Assembly (NCBI RefSeq): GCF_004010195.1
Contig: NC_057755.1
Location: 11,246,936-11,266,935, forward strand
From: Chiloscyllium plagiosum
Lineage: Eukaryota
Length of the DNA stretch: 20,000 bases
Direction: 5' to 3'
Shown piece by piece: positions 1-10,007 of this stretch. Below the pieces are notes generated by a model, which did no database searches, was not told the DNA's origin, and saw only the letters and a list, made by a program, of their open reading frames with translations. Every line of letters begins with the position of its first letter. The stretch's first letter is position 1. Both the position numbers and the translations under genes were made by a program.

Positions 1-43
1 TCCTTCCGCTCTCCCTGGGTTCAACACCCCCGCGCACACCTTG

Positions 44-925
44 CTAGTTTAAATGCTCCTGAGCAGCTCGAGAAAATCTCTCGACCAGTGTATTCGTCCC
101 CTACCAAATCAGGTGCAAACAACCTTCTTAGACAAGTCACTTCTACTCCAGAAGAGATGCCAATGACACAAAACTCTGAACCCTTCTCCCCTGCACCATC
201 TCCTTCACTACTCCATCCTCGTATTTCCTCGCTCACTCTCTCGTAGCATTGGGAGGTATTTTCACACTGGAGAATTTCCTTCAAAATTTCTGACTAACTT
301 TCTATATTCTCCCTTTTGAATATCATTACTTTCCCTTTCTATGCCACTCGTTCCAATGTGTACATTGAGCTTCTGCTGGTCCCTCTTCCCTTTGAGTACA
401 CTGTGCACTCTCTCGGAGATATCCCTGATTCTGCCACCAGGGAGGCAACACACAATTCTGATTTCTCGCTGCAGAAAACGTCTGTCTGTAAATCTGACTG
501 AATATTCCCCAATCATAAGCGATGACTTGGAACTTGACATAACCTTTGTTACATTAGGGTCAGTCTCGGTACCAGAGACTTGGATTTTCGTACGACGTTC
601 CACCGAGAGTCCATCATCCGTTACATTTCCCAGAACAGAATACTTGTTTGAGATGGGGTTAGCCACAGAAGACTCTTGCACTACCTGCCTCCCTCTCCCA
701 CCTTTCCTGACTGCATCTGTCATTTTCTTCCTTCCTATAAAGTTCAATCATCAAACTCCCTCGCTCATTTAAATCCCTTTTATCTTGTAACTGCTACTCC
801 AAACGATTCATTCGATCTGATATGATTTGCAACTAAAGGCACATTCTGCAGACATAATCTTCAGTAACATGGGGATCTCCATCAACTCCCACATCCAAAA
901 GGGAGAGCACATCCCTCTTTGCTCC
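44..925 (-). mobile_element. Degenerate CR1-clade LINE ORF1 (N-terminal Cys motif/leucine zipper plus SGNH esterase domain)
   Basis: ORF 262..747 reads IGEYSVRFTDRRF...VCCLPGGRIRDISERV...VHIGTSGI, resembling CR1 ORF1 esterase blocks (GDS, CLPGA, HIGTND). 5' of it on the minus strand: CSPFWMWE...DYVCRMCL*LQIISDRMNRLE. It ends ...RFSRAAQEHLN* with TAG at 44-46. Stops and frameshifts are present. Confidence 0.85.
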
Positions 926-1685
926 TGTCCCGATGTGCAAATATGCAACAGAGTCAGGAAGCATCAGTCTGGGTTGTGGCTACCACGGGTGTATTTCTTC
1001 TTGTCCTCACAGGACTGTGTGTTCTCTTTGTGAAACACGAAACTTTGAAAAAGTATAAACGTGCAGTATAAACATTTGAAATTGACTGTTGTTCAAAAGA
1101 TTTTCTTTTCCTGAATTCACTCACTGTTTGGCAAGTGAAGAAAAAAAACTCAAACCAATTGATTAATGTCCCTGCAATTATGTATTTATTCAATGAAAGT
1201 TTGGAACCACATGTCAATAAATCTACTTAATAATTTTTACAAATTTCTGGTTTCAATTTGCAAATAGTCCACCGATTATATTTTCCTTTTGCCTCACGAT
1301 TCGAGCACGCTGATCATTTTAAAGTTTTGAAATATGCTCGTCGCTGAAATGCCATATTCAGTAATTTTGCTGAAAATTGGGAAGGTATTCAGTATTTTTT
1401 GTCTGTATGCTTGCCTTTCAGAATACTCTCTATGGATATAATCGAATCACTAAAAAAATGATTCAATCCATACTTGGTTCACAACGCCTGGATCATATAC
1501 AACTTAATAAAACACAAAATGAAAGCATTCCATATGTAACAGAAGTGCATTGTGACCGTTAATGGCAACATTGCAATCATCTCCTCAATTTCCAAAACAA
1601 TCAACAGCACAGAGGAAATTATTTCCATCATACAAATACAAGGATGGGGCTACTTCGGATGCAGTACCGTGCAAAAGACACATTT

Positions 1686-1888
1686 AGATTCATACAGATG
1701 TACAGCACCGAAACAGACCCTTCAGTCCAACCCGACCATTCCGACCAGTTATCCCAACCCAATCTAGTCCCACCTGCCAGCGCCCGGCCCATATCCCAAC
1801 AAATCCTTCCTATTCATATACCTATCCAAATGCCTGTTAAATGTTGCATTTGTACCAGTCTCCATCACATCCTCTGGCAGCTCATTTC
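1686..1888 (-). mobile_element. HER1/CR1 LINE 3' end fragment
   Basis: cagcaccgaaacagacccttcagtccaac...tccaaatgcctgttaaatgttgca...ctctggcagctcatt is visibly homologous to 3915-4100 and to the reverse complement of 19650-19795. Confidence 0.85.
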
Positions 1889-1924
1889 AAGCTCACGTTG
1901 TGAGAATATTTTGAAAAGAAACGT

Positions 1925-2005
1925 CCATCAGAGGAACAAGTGGAAACCGTTGAGCCCCTTGAGTTTGCTACTCCATTCAAAAGGATCATGGCGGATACTC
2001 TGACT
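1925..2005 (-). mobile_element. Short decayed CR1 3' tail
   Basis: gagccccttgagtttgctactccattcaaaaggatcatggcggat resembles the tail at 2745-2797 (cagcccctcgagcctactccgcc...gaccatagctgac). Confidence 0.55.
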
Positions 2006-2272
2006 CTATTCTCGCGCTCTCCACTTAATTGTGCTGTTGGATTGGTCACCCGAAAACAATGATTAGTTCTGATCACTGTGGGTAATGTATAATCATTGGA
2101 GATGTGGTCACGCAGCAATAACGCTTTTCCTTCCAACATCAGCAGCTCCAATCACAGATCTCACATTCAATTCTGTGAGATCCAAACCCAGTTTGATGAT
2201 CAATTCACTGAACGTTCATTTCGAGCTTATAATGCCCCTGGGTTTAACCAGGGCAGTTAGACAACGTGGATC

Positions 2273-2594
2273 GGGCGTCAGCACAGTGGCTCGGTGGTTA
2301 GCACTGATGCCTCACAGTACCTGGCACCACGGTTTGATTCCACCCTCGTGCCCCTGACTGTGTGGAGATTGTATTTACTCCCCACGTGTGCATGGACTTT
2401 CTCCAGGTGCGCTGGTTTGCTTCCACTGTCCAAAGGTATCCAGTTGGATTGGCTATGCTATTCCTGTTCAGGGTCCTGCAGGTTAGGTTGGTGAGCCATG
2501 GTTATGGACGGTCGGGAATTGGGATGTTTTTCAGAAGTTTGATGCAGACCTTAATGGACTGAATAACGTCTCTCTGTCCTGTACGAATTTCATG
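2273..2594 (+). mobile_element. Diverged full-length tRNA-derived V-SINE (HE1-like)
   Basis: A-box-like tggctcggtgg (2287-2297) and B-box-like ggtttgattcc (2331-2341). Core ctgactgtgtggagattgtatttactccccacgtgtgcatgg is homologous to 8193-8235. CR1-like tail atggactgaataacgtctctctgtcctgta. Confidence 0.85.
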
Positions 2595-2715
2595 CTTTAA
2601 ATAGTTTTTCAACTCAATAGACCACATAATGTCAAAAGGCTCGTCATTTCACGTGAATTTGAGGAAAAGGAGAACGATGGAGTGTGAGGGAGGAGTGGGG
2701 AAGTGACCTGGAACG

Positions 2716-3035
2716 AGAGAACGTAAGAGCAAGGAACAGCATGAGACCATTCAGCCCCTCGAGCCTACTCCGCCGATTTGATATGACCATAGCTGACCTC
2801 ATCTCTGTCTCACTCTCTTGCCTGCCATCCACAACCCTTTAAACTGTTAATTAAAAATGTCTTTGGCCTCAAACCTTTCTGTGACAGAGCATTCCTCAGG
2901 CTCTCCACTCTCTGGGTGAAGTCATTTCTCCCAATCTCAGTCTGCAATAACCTACCCCCCGTATCTTCAGACTGTGACTCCTCTGGTTCCAGACACATCG
3001 CCAGTGATCAGGAACATACTTCCTGCGTTTTGTTC
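2716..3035 (-). mobile_element. CR1 LINE ORF2 C-terminus plus 3' UTR fragment
   Basis: The minus strand encodes LQTEIGRNDFTQRVESLRNALSQK, matching the CR1 ORF2 motif RxxFFTQRVVxxWNxLP. A typical tail lies at 2716-2800. Confidence 0.8.
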
Positions 3036-3059
3036 ACAAATTATCCTCGGATCATTCTT

Positions 3060-3530
3060 CTCAATTCTCTCTCTGTCATCCATGTGGCTCCCTCTTGCTG
3101 TCTTTCCGTCTCTCTCTATCTCCATCTGCTTTACTTTCTCCTTCATTGTCTCTCTCTCTGTTTCTTTTTCTCTCGCTGTGGCGCTGTCTCACTCTCTTAC
3201 ATGCTCCCTCCATCGCAATCTGTTACTTTCCTTTTTCCCTCCCTTCGTCTTTCCCTCACCTCTCCATCCCATCTCCTCTGTGCTCACTCTTGCAATCCAT
3301 CTCTTCTTTCAACTTTCTTTCTTTCATTCATTCGCCTCCTCTGATGCATTCTCTCTATTGCTCTCTCTCTGTCTTACACACACGCACTCTCGTTCTTTTC
3401 CTCCCTTTCTGACTCTCACTCACTACCTCCCTTGTTCTCCCTATCTCTCTCACACACTGTCCTATTCGCTTGTTCTCTTTCTCCCTCTCTTTCTCTCAAT
3501 CACTCTCTCGCTCAATCACTCACGAAACAA
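3060..3530. repeat. CT-rich polypyrimidine low-complexity tract
   Basis: Degenerate (CT)n/(TCTC)n throughout; it generates spurious Ser/Leu-rich ORFs. Confidence 0.9.
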
Positions 3531-3769
3531 ACGTTGACATGTCATGTCAGCAACAGTTGTCGTTGTGAAGCCTTATTCAGAATCTGTCACAGAGTTTTCA
3601 GACTGTTCAGTGGTGTCAGGCCCGAAAGCAAGAACTTATAAAATTGGACAGCATCCTATTCTGGCTTCGAAATTTGTGTTGTCTGAAAACAGAAAAAAAA
3701 ACTGCATTTAATTAACCCCCCTGGATGTGGTGATATACCCCACAAACCTGTGTTTGTCGGAGAGGTGGT

Positions 3770-3905
3770 GTATCTGTGCGTCTGTGTATATTTCTGATTG
3801 GAGGTGAGTGAGAAATGCTCGACAACTCTGTGTGCTTGTGTGAGATTATGTGAATTCATATCAGTGTGTGAGTGCACAACTGAGTGTGTTTGTGTATGTG
3901 TGACA
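3770..3905. repeat. Degenerate TG-rich tract
   Basis: Repeated tgtgtg/gtgtgagtg runs. Confidence 0.6.
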
Positions 3906-4333
3906 CAGATGAGCAGCACAGAAACATACCTTTCAGTCCAACGTCTCCATGCCGATCAGATTTCCACAATTAATATAGTTCCATTGGCCAGCACTTGGCC
4001 CATATCCCTATAAACTCTTCCGATTCAAATATCCATTTTGATTCCTTTTAAATGTTGCAATTATACCAGCCTCCACCACTCCCTCTGGCAGCTCCTTCCA
4101 TAGACGTACCATCCTCTGTGAGACAAAGTTGCCCATTAAGTCCTTCTTAAATCATTCCCCTCCCTCGTTAAACGTATGCCCTCCAGTTCTGGACTGTCCC
4201 ACCCAAGGAAAATGACCTTGTCTATTTACTGTGTCCATGCCCTCATGATTTTATAAACCTCTATAAGGTCACATCTCCGCCTCTGACGCTACATGGTAAA
4301 AATGGAATTGACCAGCCAATTCAGTCTCTCCCT
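3905..4333 (-). mobile_element. 5'-truncated HER1/CR1 LINE (ORF2 end plus 3' UTR)
   Basis: ccctcatgattttataaacctctataaggtcac (minus: DLIEVYKIMR) is homologous to the reverse complement of 19440-19795. Confidence 0.88.
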
Positions 4334-5042
4334 GTGGGTAAACCACTCAGCCACTTTATATCTAACAGACAGAAAAGGTCACCCCGTTCTGTATTCTGTT
4401 AAATCTCAAGAGGCAAAAAACTATTCCAGGTTTCACTATTGAATCTAAATACTAACAATTTATTCATTGCGTTCAACAGAGAGCATTAAAACCACTACTA
4501 CTACCTACTCTTTTCTCTTAAACCTATATTTTATCTCTCACTCTACAATACTGGTCTGATTAAAAATAAACTAATGAAGATTTACAAAAATAAATCTCGT
4601 TTCTAAACCAGTCAGCTGTATAGATTCACCTTTGTAGAGTTTCCTCTGTATTTTCCGATGTCATCGTTTCTTTCAATTACTGCTGCACAACTTTCCTTCT
4701 GGACAGGTACGTTTCAGAGATCTATTTGGCTAGCAGTATGAACTTGCTGGTGCTCTTTGCAGTTGGTCCCATTAACTGTTGAGAATGTCCGGTTTTATAT
4801 CCCAAAACCTCGGATCAATTCATTGGTTTGTTGGCAAATTCAAATTTGATTGGAATTTGGTCTCTGCGGCATAATTTAAACCAGATGGCCAAATACGAAT
4901 TTACTTTTGTACCATGGCAACACAGCACCAGCTATTTGTGTCAACTAAATGTATTTTTTAGTGTTCAGCACACACAATGCTTTCAGTCCTTACCAGCTTC
5001 CTCTCTTTCTTAAATTTACAGTACACCCACATCTTCATAACA
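4333..5042 (-). repeat. 3' LTR of the minus-strand Gypsy element
   Basis: Begins TGTTATGAAG on the minus strand at 5042, next to the PPT. Shares blocks with 6910-7629 (aattcaaaYttgattggaattt, ataatttaaac, tttcttaaatKtacagtRcac, cttcataaca). The far end abuts the LINE at ~4333. Confidence 0.8.
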
Positions 5043-5052
5043 CCACTCCCTT
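5043..5052 (-). promoter_or_regulatory. Polypurine tract
   Basis: Minus strand aagggagtgg immediately precedes the LTR TG. Confidence 0.75.
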
Positions 5053-5214
5053 AAGAAAAAAATGAGCCACCATAATGAAAAGATGGCTTCATTTTTTCTT
5101 TATTCCTCAGCCACATTATCATGACATATTGTCTTTAGTCTATGTTCATGTTAACGTCTTCCCACATAAATATAACATTGAATAGATACCAACCTTATCT
5201 ATAATTTATTGCTA

Positions 5215-5750
5215 TTAAATCCATGACAATGCATCTGTAACTACCATCATATGACTGGCAGCATGTCCAATTTGTAAAGTCTGTGCTTTAAGACCCCAAA
5301 GAAATAGTCTCATATTCCTGTCTTTATGTAATTCCATGAATGTAAGTGGATTGTAATTGGTGTAAACAACCGTCTCTGATACATTGTTTGTCACAGACAC
5401 GTGAAAATGTTGTTAGGGCAGTACCAAGCTCCACAGTTCTCTTCTGTCGTGGAGTATTTCCTCTTGTGGATGTTGAGGTTCTTTCAAAAGTCACCAGTTG
5501 GCAGTTCAATCCCATCATCATCTTCCTGCAGTAGTACAGCTCAAAGTCCTATGCCATTTGCATCAATGTCAACCTCAAACGTTTTTGAAAATATTGGTGC
5601 AGCTGAAACTGGTGTGGTGTTTAATATTGCTTTGAAATGGTGGAATGTCTCCCGGCATTGCTCTGTCCATCAAAATCTTGTGTTCTTTTTCATCAAATTT
5701 GTTGATGGTGTAACTACACTTTTGCAGCTTGGAACATACTTCCAATAGAA
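5215..5750 (-). pseudogene. Gypsy pol remnant: RT connection plus RNase H, at the end of pol
   Basis: Minus translation includes WTEQCRETF...FEVDIDANGIGL*AVLLQEDD...RKYSTTEE...VVYTNYNPLTF...VTDALSWI*. Stops and frameshifts are present. Confidence 0.85.
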
Positions 5751-5859
5751 TCCGCTTCTTCCCAAGAATCGAAGCATCTCTTTCTTTGAGGTGGGTCGTG
5801 GAAATTCCTCGATCTCCTCTGCTTTCACGAGTTCAGTCTTGTTTAAATTTATTACCAGT

Positions 5860-6676
5860 TTTGCTTCTCATAGTCGTTCAAAGTTCCAATCTATCTTTTA
5901 AGCACGCCCCCATCTATCAAAATGACTATGCTTAATTCTTTCGAACTCAACATAAGTCTGACCTGACTCCTTCTTTATGTTTCTGAACCTCTGTCTAGCT
6001 GCTTCTGGTACCATTTAATAACCACTCAACACAACCTGTTTGACCTCTTAATAGTCTCTTGACCCCTCATCTGACAGTGCAGCAAATACCTCACTAGCTC
6101 TGCCTACCGGTTTTGTCACAACTGGCATTCCCAAGAAATTCTCGGACACCTCCATCTTCCTCGTCAGTTTTTCAAATGAACTACAGAAGGCTTCAGCATC
6201 TTTCTCATCAAAATCTGTCGGAGCTTTGACATATTTTTATGTGTCACTACCTTCTCTATTAATCTTCATCCTGTTGACTTGACATTGCTGAATAGGTCGC
6301 AACTTCTCAAGTTCAAATTCTCTCTCATCTTTTGCTCAGCCAAGAACAGTCTCTCTCTCTTTTGCCCGTCTCTCTCTTTTCTCTTTGCCGTTCTCTTTCT
6401 GTCTCCATCGCTCTTTCCTCTCTCTCTGTGTTTATCTTCGAACTCTATTTTCCTGAATTGCAATTTAAGTTTTCTACCACTACTGCATCTGTCTGTTTCT
6501 CTGATATACTTAAATATTTGAGCAATTCCTTTACAATTTCAGCTTTACTTTGATCCTCGGTTAAACTTCTTGGATATTTCTAAAATTATCGCCTTTTCCT
6601 TTCCTTCCAAACCTTCTTGGCAAATTTGAGAATCATCTTCAAATCCCTGAACTTATTTAGCAGTTTTAAGAGCCTT
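5860..6676 (-). pseudogene. Gypsy gag remnant
   Basis: A charged coiled-coil region is followed by SFEKL...VGRASEVFAALSDEGSRDY*EVKQVVLSGY*MVPEAARQRFRNIKKESGQTYVEFERIKHSHFDRW, resembling vertebrate Gypsy gag capsid. Confidence 0.85.
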
Positions 6677-6894
6677 CTCGCTTACTTTTAATTTAATCGA
6701 CCACAGGTTACCTAAATGACACTAATTGTCTCACCTACATTAGAATTGAAGATCTAGGAAACCAACCTGCAAGTGTTTAAATCTACGGGCTTTTTTCTCA
6801 CCCCAAATCTATTCTAATCTGTCCAAATCTCAGACTGGATTTTTCTAAACCTTTTCAAATCATTAATCCGAGACAAAACTGTCCAAACCTCAGC

Positions 6895-6906
6895 GACAAG
6901 TCCCCA
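6895..6906 (-). promoter_or_regulatory. Degenerate primer-binding site, tRNA-Pro-like
   Basis: Minus strand tggggacttgtc, 3 nt from the LTR end, matches TGGGGGCTCGTC at 10/12 positions. Confidence 0.6.
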
Positions 6907-6909
6907 AAC

Positions 6910-7629
6910 TGCTACAACACGGACAACCCCCCTGCTTAATTCAATCGAGTAACACTGGAAAGATTGATCCCATGCGGTAAACTGTGAACATTCGAGAGGC
7001 CAAAAAGTATTTAAAGTAAAAAAAAACAACCTTATTTGTTGAAGTATAACAGAGAATAATTAACTCACAACTATTTACAAACATTTACAAATCTTTGCTA
7101 TCAGCTATGTTTTACTTTCCCTTGTCCAACACTGGTCCGATAAAACCACCGATTAAGATTTAACAACATGTTCAAAGTTCAAAACCAGCCAGCTGTCCAA
7201 TCTTCCCTTCCTCTGTCGTTTCGTTTTCCAGGTCAGTTTCGATGTTCTTCTCTGTGCAAATTCCTTCTTGAGACAGGGACCACTCAGAGAGTTCTTACTA
7301 GTACCTTCCATCTGATGGCCTTTCGACAGTTCTCTCTCAACTGTTATCGTTTCCTTGGTCCTGTACCCCAATACCTCGGATTATGTCATTGGTTTTTATA
7401 TTTTCAATACACTAAATTCAAACTTGATTGGAATTTTTTGTTTGGGTATAATTTAAACTGTTTGGCATATTTCGAAATTGTTTTTGTTTTGTCTCCAGGC
7501 AACTCGCTACACGAGCTGCTGAACTTTAACATGACATTATATCTTGTTGAGAACGCTTGATGCTGTCAGGTAGTTTTTTTAGTTTTTAACTTTCTTAAAT
7601 GTACAGTGCACTTCGACACCTTCATAACA
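6910..7629 (-). repeat. 5' LTR of the minus-strand Gypsy element
   Basis: + strand termini are TGCTACAACAC...CTTCATAACA. Homologous to 4333-5042 and 12875-13326. Confidence 0.82.
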
Positions 7630-8179
7630 AAGCCATTTTCTCCTGCTCCCCTCTCTAGAACAATGAGCACATCCCTGAATACTGCTTGCAAAGCAGAACT
7701 CCAAGGCTGGACACTGCTGGAAGACATATTGCTTTATAACTGTTGTGCTTCTCATTGCTATATCTCTCCAAAAATTAAAATACACAGCACAATTGTTGAG
7801 CTCTTGATAAATCTCAGAGTCTAGAATGCTGACCATCTGATTAAACCAGGTTGCATGAAAGTCTCGCTGATTTTCTCTGCAACATTAATGGAAGTATAGC
7901 TGGATTTTCTTGAACCGTGTCATGCTGAACACAGTGTTAACAGAAGGAATGGGAATAAAATAGGATGATGGATGGAATGGGAGCAAAGCATACTATGCAG
8001 GATTGCTGACCTCAGTGCTGATTCTGGAAGGATGCCACCTTTTAATTCATTCATAGCACACGACCGTCATTGGCTGGGCCCAGCTTTTACTCCGTCTGCT
8101 CCGTCTCTAATTGACCCCCTTGAGAAGTTGAGGTATGCAATTTCCTTCAGCTGCTGCAGACCATGTGGGCCCACAATGC

Positions 8180-8459
8180 CCGCCTCCGGCGACTGACTGT
8201 GTGGAGTTTGCACATTCTCCCCATGTCTGCGTGGGTTTCCTCCGAGTGCTCCGGTTTCCTCCCACAATCCAAAGATGTGCAGGTCAGGTGAATTGGCCAT
8301 GCTAAATTGCCCATAGTGTTAGGTAAGGGATAAATGTAGGGGTATGGGTGGGTTGCGCTTCGGCGGGTCGGTGTGGACTTGTTGGGCCGAAGGGCCTGTA
8401 TCCACACTGTAAGTAATCTAATCTAATCTAATCTAATCTAATCTAATCTAATCTAATCT
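8180..8459 (+). mobile_element. Young 5'-truncated HE1 SINE with target-site duplication
   Basis: Clean V-SINE core (gactgtgtggagtttgcacattctccccatgtctgcgtgggtttcctcc), CR1-type tail and (TAATC)n. AATGC is duplicated at 8175-8179 and 8460-8464. Confidence 0.93.
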
Positions 8460-8462
8460 AAT
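8414..8462. repeat. (TAATC)9 microsatellite forming the SINE tail
   Basis: Nine perfect TAATC units plus TAAT. Confidence 0.97.
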
Positions 8463-8624
8463 GCGCTTAGTGAAGGAATTCCAGGATTTTGACCCAGTGA
8501 TAGTGAAGGAATAGCGACATACTCCTAAGACAAGATGATAAGGGACTTGGAGGGGATTGTTGTGAGTCAGTGGTCAGTCAGTGGAGCAGGGTAGGAATAA
8601 TGGAGCAAGTCCCCTCGTGAATCC

Positions 8625-8740
8625 AAATGCTGCATCTCCCACAATCGCCAGTTTGCGTTGTTGATATCGAACCCGAGACAGATTAAGCTGACTTCTCAAG
8701 TTGACGTAAAGGATCCCACATTTAAGCCAAGCAGGGATTT
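8625..8740 (+). mobile_element. Possible ancient Deu-domain SINE fragment
   Basis: ttctcaagttgacgtaaaggatccca resembles the Deu-domain motif ctctcaggtggacgtaaaagatccca (recalled); heavily diverged. Confidence 0.4.
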
Positions 8741-8894
8741 GGACTTAGGCAACGCTAATGTTCTGACTTATATTTCACTGCCATATGACTTCAATCCTTA
8801 CTGGTAACCCTTCGCAACCCTCTGGAATGAGCCAAATAGGCACTCAGACTTGGAACACAGAGCAAAGCAGTATGTATAAAGGGGCAACTCTGCA

Positions 8895-9552
8895 ACTCTG
8901 TGTGTGTGTCTAAACAGGGGTGTGTGTGTGCTCATTAGCGTATGTGTGTGTGCACAGTTGTGTGCATGTATACCAGGGTGTGAGTCTATGGATGGAGGCA
9001 CGTGTGTACAGAGCTGTGTGTCTGTATGTACAGGAGTGTATGTATGTGTGTACAGGAATGTGTGTGTGTGTGCATGCAATGGCGTTTCAGTGCGTGTGTG
9101 CGTGCACATGCACAAGGGGTTGTTGTGTGTGTACAGGGGAAAATGTGTGTGCACAGTATTGTATGTCTGTGTGTGAACATCTGTGTGTTTGTGTGCAGGG
9201 GTGCACATATGTGTATATATATATGGCTTTGTTTGTGTGTATACAGGGAAGTGCGTGTGTTTACAGGGGCATGAGTGTATCGGAGTGTCTCTGTGTGTGT
9301 ATGGTGGCATGTGTGTGCATTGGTGTAAATCTATGTGCGTATAGGGGAAGGTGTGTGGGTACAGAAGTGTGTATATACAGGGATGTACGCGCGTGTGTAT
9401 CGGGATATGTTGTGTACAGGAACGTTTGTGTGTCTGTGGGTGTGTGTGTGTTTGTACAAGGGTGTATTTGTGTGTGTAAAAGGATATGTGTGTGTACATG
9501 GATGTGTGTGTGTCTGTGTGCGTGTGTACAGGGACGTGTGGATATAGGGGTG
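8895..9552. repeat. TG-rich degenerate minisatellite with recurring GTGTACAGG motif
   Basis: (TG)n runs are punctuated every ~20-40 bp by tacagg/cagggg variants. Confidence 0.9.
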
Positions 9553-9554
9553 TA

Positions 9555-9890
9555 TTTGCCTTTTGCAAACTCGACGTCTAGAGAAAGAAGCAATGATTTT
9601 TCTCGAGGTTTGAATGGAGCAGCTCAGTGCCATGGAACTCCCAACTCCATGCCTGTTTCCCCAGGATGGGGAGATTGAGACATGCATTGTGTGAACCTGG
9701 AATTTCATCCATTGAATTTGGGATGCTGCAATACTAACCAAATCTTGCTGGTCTCCCAGTAGAAAACATCATCTTTTACGTGAGAGTTTTCGACTGACAC
9801 GTGCCAAGATCAAGGAGAAGGTGCTCAGGAACTCACGACAGCTCAGGGCCGTGAGCAGTCCGCAGTCAGGAAAACCCACTGCCTCAATTC
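9555..9890 (+). mobile_element. Degenerate L1/Tx1-like LINE ORF2 C-terminal fragment
   Basis: Across frameshifts it reads FFSRFEWSSSV...LFP...LLVSQ...ESFRLTRAKIKEKVLRNSRQLRA...QSGKPTA, resembling a Tx1-type end I recall as WFLSRFIPSSSV...GLFPG...RNLLVFQ...CRLAHSKVQDYVLRD...QWGKTTV. Confidence 0.6.
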
Positions 9891-10007
9891 GATCTTCCAT
9901 TTTGGAGTGAATGCTGGACCTTCGAGCATCCTCCCAGCTCCGACTAGAATGTATATATTTATTAGCACACTCAGCTAATGTTCCATTTGGATAGAAGCAC
10001 ATGACAA

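Larger units (their letters stand above)
4333..7629 (-). mobile_element. Internally deleted Ty3/Gypsy LTR retrotransposon (Gmr1-like layout)
   Basis: Minus-strand order: LTR, PBS, gag, RT connection/RNase H, PPT, LTR. No protease, integrase or RT core is visible. Confidence 0.88.
8043..8560. mobile_element. Old interspersed (LINE-type) repeat split by a SINE insertion
   Basis: The flanks ctaattgacccccttgagaag...gctgcagaccatgtg and aggaattccaggattttgacccag...gacttggagggga resemble consecutive parts of a common shark repeat as I recall it. Confidence 0.55.

Noticed and set aside
341..772. 143-aa + strand ORF
   Set aside because: Antisense shadow of the CR1 ORF1.
2157..2182. 9-bp inverted repeat gatctcaca/tgtgagatc
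   Set aside because: Isolated and short; plausible by chance in 20 kb.
2273..2345. tRNA gene
   Set aside because: A/B boxes continue into a SINE core with no cloverleaf or oligo-T terminator.
2916..3641. Ser/Leu-rich ORFs resembling membrane proteins
   Set aside because: Translations of the CT-rich tract; the same applies to 15145-15588.
3893..3906. tgtgtgacac as the displaced terminus of the 3' LTR
   Set aside because: Equally explained by the TG tract and LINE tail; no TSD supports it.
8414..8462. Short tandem array as CRISPR or telomeric repeat
   Set aside because: No spacers and not TTAGGG; it is a SINE tail in a eukaryote.
8798..9741. Long His/Thr- and Cys/Val-rich ORFs
   Set aside because: Translations of the TG minisatellite.
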